In this document: in pieces, positions 41,054 to 50,263 of the stretch
How the letters are laid out: each line of letters opens with the position of its first letter
How positions within the stretch are numbered: the stretch's first letter is position 1
The notes under the pieces: model-generated
Database searches by the model: none
What the model was told of the DNA's origin: nothing
Seen by the model: only the letters and a program-made list of their open reading frames with translations
From: a virus
Taxonomy: Duplodnaviria > Heunggongvirae > Uroviricota > Caudoviricetes
Strand: one strand, 5' to 3'
IMG/VR virus record: IMGVR_UViG_3300025838_000019
Location: 38,640 to 102,639 of that record
DNA length: 64,000 nt
Translations under genes and position numbers: made by a program

Positions 41054-42265
41054 ATGGGAAAACTAAACCTATCTGATGCCGCTAAAGCTATTTTGACTGA
41101 AGATTCAAAATCAACTTTTGACGCTAACATTGCATCTAAAAAGAGCCAACGTTCTGACGATGGTACACAAGGTAAAATGAGAGGTTCTGTTGGTAAAGAC
41201 AAACTACCTACATCTGCCGTTACAGGTCAACAAGATGCAGGCGAAATTGGTCAATCACCAGAACGTGCTTTGACAGACAAACTACCTGACTATACAAAAG
41301 GTACACCTTCTGCAACACCTCCAGGTGCAACACCTCCAGTCGGTTCACAACAAGACGGTGTTGGTGCAAAAACTCTTACTGGTCAACCAGGACAAACTAT
41401 GGGCCGTTCAGACATTATGACTCCAACTAAATCAGATGCAACAAACTACGAAGCCATCCGTGATCGTATCGCTGGCAAATTGGCACCACAAATGATGGCT
41501 ACAAACGCTGGTGGCGTTGGTATTCAAACATACGGTGAAGATATGGATGCATTGTTCTCTGGTGAACAATTGTCTGAAGATTTCAAATCTAAAGCACAAA
41601 CAATTTTCGAAGCAGCAGTTACAGCTCGTGTTAGTGAGTTGGTAGAATCTGTTGAAAACGAATTGATGGAACAGTTTGAAGAAGCTGTTGAATCTTACAA
41701 AGACGATTTGGCAACTAAAGTTGACGACTACCTAAACTACTTCACAGAAGAATGGTATAACGACAACCAAATCGCAATTGAAAAAGGTCTACGTCAAGAA
41801 ATCGTAGAAGAATTCATCACAGAATTGCGTGATGTATTCATCAAACACCACATTGATATTCCAACTGACAAAGTTGATGTTGTTGAAGAATTGGTTGCTA
41901 AAGTAGAAGAACTAGAAAGCTCTTTGAACGAACAAATCACATCAGCAGTTCAGTTGAAAAAAGAACTAAATGAACACAAAAAAGTAGAGGCTGTACACGC
42001 AGTTTGTGAAGGCCTAACTCAAACTCAAGTGGAAAAATTGAAGTCACTCGCAGAGGGTGTGGAATTTACCACAGAAGAAGAATTTGCACAGAAACTAGAA
42101 ACTTTGAAAGAATCATATTTCAAAGCAGAAGTTAAAGTTGCTGATGCAGAATCTTTGAATGAAGAAGTTGTTGTAGAAGATGATTCTACACCTAAGAAAA
42201 AATCTAGTATTGATCCTATGATGGAACAATATGCAAAAACAATTTCACAAACCCTCAAAGGATAA
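41054..42265 (+). CDS. gp22: Prohead scaffolding protein gp22
   Basis: Acidic coiled coil; FKSKAQTIFEAAV, KVDDYLNY, F..KLETLKESYF. Confidence 0.92.
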   Translation: MGKLNLSDAAKAILTEDSKSTFDANIASKKSQRSDDGTQGKMRGSVGKDKLPTSAVTGQQDAGEIGQSPERALTDKLPDYTKGTPSATPPGATPPVGSQQDGVGAKTLTGQPGQTMGRSDIMTPTKSDATNYEAIRDRIAGKLAPQMMATNAGGVGIQTYGEDMDALFSGEQLSEDFKSKAQTIFEAAVTARVSELVESVENELMEQFEEAVESYKDDLATKVDDYLNYFTEEWYNDNQIAIEKGLRQEIVEEFITELRDVFIKHHIDIPTDKVDVVEELVAKVEELESSLNEQITSAVQLKKELNEHKKVEAVHAVCEGLTQTQVEKLKSLAEGVEFTTEEEFAQKLETLKESYFKAEVKVADAESLNEEVVVEDDSTPKKKSSIDPMMEQYAKTISQTLKG

Positions 42266-42307
42266 ATAAATTTTATCAATAAGATACTAACATAAGGAGA
42301 AACTATA

Positions 42308-43645
42308 ATGTATCTAACAGAAGACCTTCAACAAAAATGGGCTCCAGTTTTGGACCACCCAGAACTTGAGTCTATCAAAGACCCATACAAACGTGCTGTT
42401 ACAACATTGGTTCTAGAAAACCAACAAACAGCTTTGCGTCAAGACGCTCGTATGTTGAACGAAGTTGCAGATGGTGGCCCAACCAACGCAACAGGTTCAG
42501 CAGTACAAAACTTTGACCCAATCTTGATCTCTTTGGTTCGCCGTGCATTGCCTAACTTGATCGCTTACGATATCGCTGGCGTTCAACCAATGACAGGACC
42601 AACAGGTTTGATTTTCGCAATGCGTGCTCGTTACGCTAACCAAACAGGTTCTGAAGCATTCTTCAACGAAGCTAACACAATCTTCTCTGGTAACACATCT
42701 GCTAACGCACCTTACAACAACTACGGTTTCCAAGGTACTGTTTCTTCAGATACTTCAAACAACGCAATTGCAAACGAAACTGCTAACGCCTTCACAACTG
42801 GTGTTGGTATGCCTACAGCTCTTGCTGAATACTTGGGTTCTGACAACAACACAGCTTTCCAACAAATGGCATTCTCTATCGAGAAAGTTACTGTTACTGC
42901 TCAAAGCCGTGCATTGAAAGCAGAATACTCACTTGAACTTGCTCAAGACTTGAAAGCTATCCACGGTTTGGATGCAGAAACAGAATTGTCTAACATTCTG
43001 TCTACAGAAATCTTGGCTGAAATCAACCGTGAAGTTATCCGTACAGTGTACACTTCTGCTGTTCCAGGTGCTCAATACGGTACTACAACAGCTGGTTACT
43101 TCGACTTGGACACAGACTCTAACGGTCGTTGGTCTGTTGAACGTTTCAAAGGTTTGATTTTCCAAATCGAACGTGATGCTAACGTTATTGCAAAACAAAC
43201 TCGTAGAGGTAAAGGTAACGTTCTGATCGTTTCTTCAGACGTTGCATCTGCTATGGCTATGGCTGGCGTGTTGTCATATACACCTGCTCTATCTGCTGAC
43301 CTACAAGTTGACGATACAGGTAACACATTCGCTGGTATGTTGCACGGTCGTATCAAAGTATACATCGACCCATACTTCGGTGGTTACACATCTAACCAAG
43401 AATTGGTAACAGTTGGTTACAAAGGTTCTTCACCTTATGACGCTGGTTTGTTCTACTGCCCATACGTTCCTCTACAAATGGTTCGTGCAGTTGACCAGTT
43501 CACATTCCAACCAAAAATTGGTTTCAAGACTCGTTATGGCATGGTTGCAAACCCATTTGCACAAGGCTTGACACAAGGCAACGGTATTATCAACGCACGT
43601 TCAAACGTGTACTACCGTATCTTTGGTGTGAAAAACTTGATGTAA
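42308..43645 (+). CDS. gp23: Major capsid protein gp23
   Basis: AGVQPMTGPTGLIFAMR, FSIEKVTVTAQSRALKAEYSLELAQDLKAIHGLDAE, FQPKIGFKTRYG. Confidence 0.99.
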   Translation: MYLTEDLQQKWAPVLDHPELESIKDPYKRAVTTLVLENQQTALRQDARMLNEVADGGPTNATGSAVQNFDPILISLVRRALPNLIAYDIAGVQPMTGPTGLIFAMRARYANQTGSEAFFNEANTIFSGNTSANAPYNNYGFQGTVSSDTSNNAIANETANAFTTGVGMPTALAEYLGSDNNTAFQQMAFSIEKVTVTAQSRALKAEYSLELAQDLKAIHGLDAETELSNILSTEILAEINREVIRTVYTSAVPGAQYGTTTAGYFDLDTDSNGRWSVERFKGLIFQIERDANVIAKQTRRGKGNVLIVSSDVASAMAMAGVLSYTPALSADLQVDDTGNTFAGMLHGRIKVYIDPYFGGYTSNQELVTVGYKGSSPYDAGLFYCPYVPLQMVRAVDQFTFQPKIGFKTRYGMVANPFAQGLTQGNGIINARSNVYYRIFGVKNLM

Positions 43646-43677
43646 TCAAGAAACCCGCGCAAGAAGGGTATTTAAAA

Positions 43678-43701
43678 GGGACCTTCGGGTCCCTTTTTTT
43701 T
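43678..43701 (+). terminator. Intrinsic terminator with cUUCGg tetraloop
   Basis: GGGACC-TTCG-GGTCCC followed by T8, as after T4 gene 23. Confidence 0.9.
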
Positions 43702-43731
43702 GCTTCCTAAATATTGAATAAGGAGAATTGA

Positions 43732-44250
43732 ATGTCAGCATTAGACAGAACACCAGAAAATACTGGTTATTTACAGCCGTCAAAGTTTCTTTTGTCGTTC
43801 AGTAGAATACCAGATACACAATATTTTTGCCAGTCTGTGGATTTACCTGGTATTAGTACAGGTAATGCCACTCTGAACACTCCTTTTCTAGACATACCTT
43901 TGGCAAGCACAAAGATTGCATACAACCCATTGAGAATTACGTTTAACGTGAATGGTGACTTGAGTTCTTGGATGAATCTGCACCAATGGATGCGTTCTTT
44001 TGCGGCTCCAACAGGGTTTAGTGAACGAAACAGACTGACACAACAACAAACTATAAACACATCTAACTACTCTGATGCCACACTTATCGTGTTATCTAAT
44101 TTGAACAATCCGATTGGTCGTTTTAACTTCTACAATACATTCCCAATTTCACTTTCTGACATTAAATTTGATGTTACAGAAGGCTCTGAAACTGTAATTG
44201 TTGGTGATGCATCATTCATGTTTGAATACTACGATTATGTTTCGGCATAG
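43732..44250 (+). CDS. gp3: Tail tube terminator / tail completion protein gp3
   Basis: QYFCQSVDLPGIS, FNVNGDLSSWMNLHQWM, SDATLIVLSN, FYNTFPISLS. Confidence 0.85.
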   Translation: MSALDRTPENTGYLQPSKFLLSFSRIPDTQYFCQSVDLPGISTGNATLNTPFLDIPLASTKIAYNPLRITFNVNGDLSSWMNLHQWMRSFAAPTGFSERNRLTQQQTINTSNYSDATLIVLSNLNNPIGRFNFYNTFPISLSDIKFDVTEGSETVIVGDASFMFEYYDYVSA

Positions 44251-44264
44251 TTCTAACATAAGGC

Positions 44265-44293
44265 TTGCTTTCTAACATCGTTTATGTTATTAT
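44265..44293 (+). promoter_or_regulatory. Sigma70-type promoter upstream of uvsY
   Basis: TTGCTT-17nt-TATTAT with extended -10 TG; the spacer contains the palindrome TAACAT-N5-ATGTTA. Confidence 0.55.
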
Positions 44294-44324
44294 GTTTTTT
44301 TAGTGTTAACTTATTGATTTTATT

Positions 44325-44759
44325 ATGGAAAATTTAGAACAGATTTTAAAATACTGGGAATCAGATTCAGATATTGACCAGACCGAGCCTGGTAAAGAAC
44401 TACTGAAAATTCCAAAGTACCACAACAAATATCTCACCATTTTGACCAAGCATAAGATTGCCGTAAAGAAGGCAAACTTTGATTATCTACGTATGCGTAA
44501 GATCAAAATGGAATACTATACAGGCAAACTATCACAGGAAGAACTGGATCAATACGGTTGGGAACCGTTTCAGTTTGTACTGAAGTCTGATATGGCCAGT
44601 TATCTTGAGGCTGATGCAGACCTTATCAAGTTACTGGAAAAGAAAGTGTACCATGAAGAATGTGTATCAGTCATTGAATCTATTATGAATGAACTGAAAC
44701 AACGTACATGGCAACTAAGAGATTTTATTTCTTGGGAGAAATTTATAGGTGGACAATAA
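44325..44759 (+). CDS. uvsY: Recombination mediator UvsY
   Basis: WESDSDID...ELLKIPKYHNKYL, EYYTGK, LKQRTWQLRDFISWEKF. Confidence 0.9.
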   Translation: MENLEQILKYWESDSDIDQTEPGKELLKIPKYHNKYLTILTKHKIAVKKANFDYLRMRKIKMEYYTGKLSQEELDQYGWEPFQFVLKSDMASYLEADADLIKLLEKKVYHEECVSVIESIMNELKQRTWQLRDFISWEKFIGGQ

Positions 44760-44919
44760 TTTATTTTCAGTTTCAGTACACACATTAAACCTACTTTCGT
44801 TTATATTAGGAATGTTGTTTGCCTCAACAATGTTTAGAGCTAAAGCATTGTTTTATGTGGTTTTATATCTTGTGTGTCTGTCACTATATTACTATTTAAG
44901 AAGTGAAGGCTATGTCTGA
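44749..44919 (+). CDS. Small two-TM membrane protein (56 aa, absent from the ORF track)
   Basis: GTG start with ggag SD at 44735-38; MDNNLFSVSVHTLNLLSFILGMLFASTMFRAKALFYVVLYLVCLSLYYYLRSEGYV; overlaps both neighbours and fills the gap. Confidence 0.6.
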   Translation: MDNNLFSVSVHTLNLLSFILGMLFASTMFRAKALFYVVLYLVCLSLYYYLRSEGYV

Positions 44920-46405
44920 TATCATATTAAGTAAAGATAATCAAGTATACGCCAAGGTCGAGTGTGAACGACATGTGGCGAAAGAATTATCAGAGTACTT
45001 CACATTCTTTGTCCCTGGTCATCAATTCGTTCCTGCGTTCAGGAATCGTATATGGGACGGCAAGATTAGACTGTTCAATTTAACAACAAGTCAAATTTAT
45101 CTTGGTCTACTAGATTACATTTTAGAATTTGCAAAAGACCGTGGTTACACAGTCGATACAGGTAACACCGATGTTGAGTCGGAGTTCTCGATGTATCACG
45201 CAAAGAAGTTTGCAGAAGAATTAAATTTACATTCTAAAGGTAAAAAACTGGATGTGCATGAACACCAGTTGAGTGCGTTCGTTGATGCTATGCAATCACA
45301 CAGAAGATTGTTGTTGTCTCCAACGTCATCAGGTAAGTCCTTAATCATCTATATGATTATACGTCAACTGTTAGACTATCAAGGCTTGAAAGGACTGATT
45401 ATTGTTCCTACAACATCTTTGGTTGAACAGTTATACTCTGACTTTGCAGACTACTCATCTAACAACGACTTTGATGTACCAGAGAATGTGCATCGAATTT
45501 ATCAAGGCAAAGAAAAATCAACAAACAAAGCTGTAACCATTTCTACGTGGCAGTCTTTGTATAAGATGGACAAAGAATACTTCGCACAGTTTGATTTTGT
45601 GATTGGTGATGAAGCGCATCTATTTAAAGCACAATCTTTGACCACCATATTAACTTCTTGTATCAACACCAAGTATCGTATTGGCCTAACAGGTACTTTA
45701 GACGGCACCAAGACACACAAACTTGTTCTTGAGGGTCTGTTTGGTCCTGTGAAACAAGTTATCACCACAAGAGAACTGATTGACACCAACAAGGTTGCAG
45801 ATTTTGAAATCAAATGCTTACTATTGAAGTATGATAATGAAATTTGCGAGTTGGCCAGAGATTATACATACCAGGAAGAAATTGAATTTCTTATTTCAAA
45901 CGAGAACAGAAACAAATTTATTCGTAATCTTGCGGTATCTTTAAACAAAAATACACTGATTCTGTATCAAATGGTTGAAAAACATGGACAAATCCTTTAT
46001 AATATGATAAAGGACACTAAGAATCTTGGCAATAGAAAAGTGTTTTTTGTTCATGGTGATGTTGATGTAACCGAAAGAGAAGATATTAGACGAATAGTGG
46101 AGGAAGAAAACGATGCAATCATTGTGGCTTCATATGGTACTTTTAGTACTGGGATTAATATTCGCAATTTACATAACATCATATTTGCTTCACCTTCTAA
46201 GTCTCGTGTTCGGAATCTCCAATCTATCGGCCGAGGACTCAGAAAAGGAGAAGGAAAAGACAGAGCTACCCTCTACGATATCGCAGACGACCTCAGACAC
46301 AAAAAACACTTAAACTTTACTTTGAAACACTTCATTGAAAGAACTGATATCTATAACCAAGAAAAGTTTCCATATAGAATCTATAAAATAGGAGTTAAGA
46401 AATGA
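44912..46405 (+). CDS. uvsW: DNA helicase UvsW (SF2)
   Basis: WDGKIRLF, SPTSSGKS, IGDEAH, GLTGT, QSIGRGLR; ATG at 44912 preferred over the GTG at 44903. Confidence 0.96.
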   Translation: MSDIILSKDNQVYAKVECERHVAKELSEYFTFFVPGHQFVPAFRNRIWDGKIRLFNLTTSQIYLGLLDYILEFAKDRGYTVDTGNTDVESEFSMYHAKKFAEELNLHSKGKKLDVHEHQLSAFVDAMQSHRRLLLSPTSSGKSLIIYMIIRQLLDYQGLKGLIIVPTTSLVEQLYSDFADYSSNNDFDVPENVHRIYQGKEKSTNKAVTISTWQSLYKMDKEYFAQFDFVIGDEAHLFKAQSLTTILTSCINTKYRIGLTGTLDGTKTHKLVLEGLFGPVKQVITTRELIDTNKVADFEIKCLLLKYDNEICELARDYTYQEEIEFLISNENRNKFIRNLAVSLNKNTLILYQMVEKHGQILYNMIKDTKNLGNRKVFFVHGDVDVTEREDIRRIVEEENDAIIVASYGTFSTGINIRNLHNIIFASPSKSRVRNLQSIGRGLRKGEGKDRATLYDIADDLRHKKHLNFTLKHFIERTDIYNQEKFPYRIYKIGVKK

Positions 46406-46776
46406 ACAATATTAAAATTGTAAGACTTAAGAATGGAGACGATTTGGTGGGAAGTGTAAACACAGAATATGGTATCTGCATCTCTGAACCAATGTTGGTA
46501 CATATCAACTTTAGAAACAACGAACCTCAAGGTGTATTGCAACTTGCACATTGGTTGCCAATTCAACTGATTAAAAAGAATGAGGCTATGTTACATCCAG
46601 ATTCGGTCCTTACCATGTTGGAACCGGAAGATGAATTTAAGGAATATTATATTAATGCTGTACAAAAAATTAAATCCTTAATGGAAGCTAAAAATGATTT
46701 GGACCAATTAAATGACCAAGAAATTATGGAGATTATGGAATCCATGAAATTAAATAATAATCAAGTGGTCCATTAA
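46402..46776 (+). CDS. Conserved hypothetical protein (Sm-like fold suspected)
   Basis: IKIVRLKNGDDLV...W.P pattern; syntenic between uvsW and gp55. Confidence 0.6.
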   Translation: MNNIKIVRLKNGDDLVGSVNTEYGICISEPMLVHINFRNNEPQGVLQLAHWLPIQLIKKNEAMLHPDSVLTMLEPEDEFKEYYINAVQKIKSLMEAKNDLDQLNDQEIMEIMESMKLNNNQVVH

Positions 46777-46803
46777 TATAATTTTATTATAGGGAACACC
46801 GAG

Positions 46804-46832
46804 ACTGTATCACTTGTCAAGCCTTTTGTCAA
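46804..46832 (-). promoter_or_regulatory. Antisense sigma70-type promoter upstream of gp55
   Basis: Minus strand reads TTGACA-17nt-TACAGT with extended -10 TG. Confidence 0.45.
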
Positions 46833-46855
46833 CAACTTTTTATGGTATATTTGAA

Positions 46856-47386
46856 ATGAGTAAAACTAAACATTATATAAACAACGCCGATTTCTTGAAG
46901 GCACTTACAGATTACAAAGAGAAATGTAAGATTGCCAGTGAATCGAATAAACCTACACCCGAAATACCAAATTATATTGGTGAATGTTGGATGAAGATTG
47001 CAGAAGGCTTGTCACACAAACCAAACTTCATAAACTACCCACATAGGGAAGACATGATAGGTGATGGTATCGAAAACTGTCTTATGTACTTCAATAACTT
47101 TGATCCAGCAAAATCAAAGAACCCATTTGCATACTTCACACAGATTATCTACTACGCATTTCTCCGTAGAATTGGCAAAGAAAAGAAACAACTATACGTC
47201 AAATACAAAGCCACAGAACAGTTTGGTATTTTAGATGAATATGAAATGATGGATTCTGATGGTAATACCATGCAGTTCCAGTTGTACGATAATATTGCCG
47301 ACTTCATTGAGACATTTGAAGAAACGAAAAACAAGAAAAAGAAACCGGCAAAGAAGCCCAAGGGTATTGAAAATTTTTTGGATTAG
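46856..47386 (+). CDS. gp55: Late-transcription sigma factor gp55
   Basis: HYINNADFLKAL, YIGECWMKIAEGLSHKPNFINY, DPAKSKNPFAYFTQIIYYAFLRRI.KEKKQ; ATG at 46856. Confidence 0.96.
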   Translation: MSKTKHYINNADFLKALTDYKEKCKIASESNKPTPEIPNYIGECWMKIAEGLSHKPNFINYPHREDMIGDGIENCLMYFNNFDPAKSKNPFAYFTQIIYYAFLRRIGKEKKQLYVKYKATEQFGILDEYEMMDSDGNTMQFQLYDNIADFIETFEETKNKKKKPAKKPKGIENFLD

Positions 47387-47419
47387 TAGTACAATGTGCA
47401 AAAACTGCACAATCGAAAA

Positions 47420-48496
47420 ATGAAAATAGCCTTAATTACAGATCAGCACTTTGGTGCTCGCAACGATTCACCACAGATTCTTGACTACTACGAGAAGTTT
47501 TATCTCGACATATTTTTTCCCACATTAGAGAGGGAAAATATTGACACGGTATTAATTCTTGGTGATACGTTTGACCGTAGAAAGTATGTCAACTTCTTTA
47601 CGTTGAAACGTGCCAAACAGATGTTCTTTGACCGACTTCATGTGTTAGGTATCAAAGTACACATGTTGGCTGGTAACCATGACACATACTTTAAGAACAC
47701 CAATTCGGTGAATTCTGTTAAACTATTGTTACAAGAGTATGATAACATCAATGTTATTCACCATCCAAAAACAATCTATTTGGGTGCCAAAAGATATCCT
47801 GTTTGCATGATGCCATGGATTTGTCCTGAAAATTATCAAGACTCAATGGACACATTAAAAGACACTGAAGCTAGTATTTGTTGTGGGCATTTTGAGATTG
47901 CTGGGTTCGCAATGTATCGTGGTATGCAATCGGAAGAAGGACTAGATCGTGCTTTGTTCAACAAGTTCACTCATACTTTTAGTGGTCATTATCACCACAA
48001 GTCTAACGCTAGTGACATATATTATTTGGGTAACCCCTATGAACTTACTTGGCAGGACTACAATGATGACCGTGGGTTTCATATTTTCGATTTGGATAGC
48101 CATAGTCTTGAATTCATTCAGAATACTAACAGGATGTTTCATAGGATAATCTACGATGATAAAGTGGAATCTATCCAAGAAATTACCAATAAAGACCTAA
48201 GCAAACATACCAACACATACGTTAAAGTTGTGGTAGTTAACAAAACTAATCCATATCTGTTTGACCGCATGATTGAGAATCTTTACCAGGTTAATCCTGT
48301 GGACATTACCATTGTTGAGGACTTTACAGACTTGACAGAAGGTGTAGAAGATGATACAATCGACCAAGCTGAAGATACTTTGACTATTCTAAACAAGTTT
48401 GTGGACTCTGTTGAGAATGAAAATATAGACAACAGTACATTGAAAAAAATATTGAAAGAACTCTACGTAGAGGCATTGAGTCAAGATAAAGTATGA
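47420..48496 (+). CDS. gp47: Recombination nuclease subunit gp47 (Mre11-like)
   Basis: ITDQHFG, LGDTFDRRK, GNHD, GHFE, FSGHYH metallophosphoesterase motifs. Confidence 0.96.
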   Translation: MKIALITDQHFGARNDSPQILDYYEKFYLDIFFPTLERENIDTVLILGDTFDRRKYVNFFTLKRAKQMFFDRLHVLGIKVHMLAGNHDTYFKNTNSVNSVKLLLQEYDNINVIHHPKTIYLGAKRYPVCMMPWICPENYQDSMDTLKDTEASICCGHFEIAGFAMYRGMQSEEGLDRALFNKFTHTFSGHYHHKSNASDIYYLGNPYELTWQDYNDDRGFHIFDLDSHSLEFIQNTNRMFHRIIYDDKVESIQEITNKDLSKHTNTYVKVVVVNKTNPYLFDRMIENLYQVNPVDITIVEDFTDLTEGVEDDTIDQAEDTLTILNKFVDSVENENIDNSTLKKILKELYVEALSQDKV

Positions 48497-50208
48497 TTTT
48501 ATTTGAAACAGTTCGTTGGAAAAATATTCTTTCCACCGGCAACTCGTTCACCGAAATTCGGCTGGACAAGTCACCGAACACATTGATTATTGGTCATAAT
48601 GGTGCAGGCAAGTCCACCATTCTTGACGCTTTGTGCTTTGGTCTTTTCGGTAAACCGTTTCGTAAAATTAACAAACCAAACCTTCTGAACTCTATCAACA
48701 ATCAAAAAGGTTTGGTTGAAGTTGAGTTCACTATTGGTAAAAAGAAATATAAAGTTGCTCGTGGTATTAAACCAAATGTGTTTGAAATCCATTGTGACGG
48801 TATTTTGCTGAATCAAGATGCAGCCGCAAAAGACTACCAAGAAGTGTTAGAGAAACAAATTCTCAAGTTGAATTACAAGTCTTTCACGCAGGTTGTTATT
48901 CTTGGTTCAGCTTCTTTTGTTCCGTTCATGCAATTATCACCTGCTGATCGTAGAGCAATCATCGAAGACCTTTTAGACATTCAAATCTTTTCTACGATGA
49001 ATGGTATTCTAAAAGAAAAATACTCATTGAACAAAGAGAACCTGACTAAGATCAAGTACGATATTAGTTTGGCACAAGAAAAGATTAATCTTCAATTGCA
49101 AAATATTGAAGAACATCGTAAGAACAATCAGGCTGAGATTGACCGTAAACAGGAAGAAATTGAAGAATCAAAGACACAGGTTGCCAAGATTACTCGTGAT
49201 GTAAACCTAATACAGAAACACATCGATGCAATGCAGTCTAGGGTTGCAGATAAGAGTAAGTTTGAAACTAAGTCTAAAGAGTTTTTACAACTTGAATCTA
49301 AGCTGGAAACAAGATTAAAAAGATTGAAGAAGGACGAAACATTTTATCATGAGAATGACAACTGCCCAACGTGCAAGCAGAGCATCCCAAGCGAATTCAA
49401 ATCTTCTCAGTTGGAAAGAATTGTCGATGTTAAGAGTGAGGTTGAAACTGCGTTGTCGAAGGTTGAAAGCCACATTAGTAAGTTATCCTCTCAGTTACAG
49501 ACTATTCAGGAAACTCTCCAGAAGATTACAGCTCATCAACAAGAGGTGATGAAACACAACACAAACATCAATGCAATTAACAAGTACATTAGTAAGTTGT
49601 TGAAAGAAATTGGTGAGTTGAATACCAAGTCACAGAACTCGGAAGATGACAACGAGAAGTTGAATCAACTGAAAGCTGAATTGGTTGCAAGCAGAAAAGA
49701 ATATGAAACTCTATTGAAAGAAAAACAATACATGGAGTTTGCAGGCACATTGTTGAAAGATGGTGGTATCAAAACCAGAATCATTAAACAATACCTGCCT
49801 ATAATGAACAAACTCATTAACAAGTATTTGAAGGCAATGGACTTCTTTGTTAACTTTAATATCGATGAGAACTTTGATGAAACAATTAAGAGCCGCCATC
49901 GTGACGAGTTTTCTTACGCTAATTTTTCCGAAGGAGAAAAGATGCGTATTGACCTTGCATTATTATTTACATGGCGCCAAATTGCCAAGTTGAAGAATAG
50001 TGTAAGTACCAACCTACTGATTCTAGACGAAGTATTTGATTCAAGCCTAGATACTGTAGGTACAGAAGAATTTTTGAAATTGATTCATGAAATGGGACAT
50101 GATACCAATGTCTTTGTGATTTCTCACAAAGGCGACCAGCTATTTGACAAATTCAGATCGGTAATACGATTTGAGAAGAAAAACAACTTCAGTCAAGTGG
50201 TCAAATAA
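48493..50208 (+). CDS. gp46: Recombination ATPase subunit gp46 (Rad50-like)
   Basis: GHNGAGKST, CPTC zinc hook, FSEGEKMRIDLA, LILDEVFDSSLD. Confidence 0.97.
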   Translation: MILFETVRWKNILSTGNSFTEIRLDKSPNTLIIGHNGAGKSTILDALCFGLFGKPFRKINKPNLLNSINNQKGLVEVEFTIGKKKYKVARGIKPNVFEIHCDGILLNQDAAAKDYQEVLEKQILKLNYKSFTQVVILGSASFVPFMQLSPADRRAIIEDLLDIQIFSTMNGILKEKYSLNKENLTKIKYDISLAQEKINLQLQNIEEHRKNNQAEIDRKQEEIEESKTQVAKITRDVNLIQKHIDAMQSRVADKSKFETKSKEFLQLESKLETRLKRLKKDETFYHENDNCPTCKQSIPSEFKSSQLERIVDVKSEVETALSKVESHISKLSSQLQTIQETLQKITAHQQEVMKHNTNINAINKYISKLLKEIGELNTKSQNSEDDNEKLNQLKAELVASRKEYETLLKEKQYMEFAGTLLKDGGIKTRIIKQYLPIMNKLINKYLKAMDFFVNFNIDENFDETIKSRHRDEFSYANFSEGEKMRIDLALLFTWRQIAKLKNSVSTNLLILDEVFDSSLDTVGTEEFLKLIHEMGHDTNVFVISHKGDQLFDKFRSVIRFEKKNNFSQVVK

Positions 50209-50263
50209 TCCCTGTAAACCCCGTGTGAATAAACCCACACAACCCTTAAAAAGGAAATTTGAA

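Noticed and set aside
33779-50208. Introns, inteins or homing endonucleases in terminase, portal, capsid, uvsW or gp46
   Set aside because: All are uninterrupted and of normal length, with no LAGLIDADG, GIY-YIG or HNH motifs seen.
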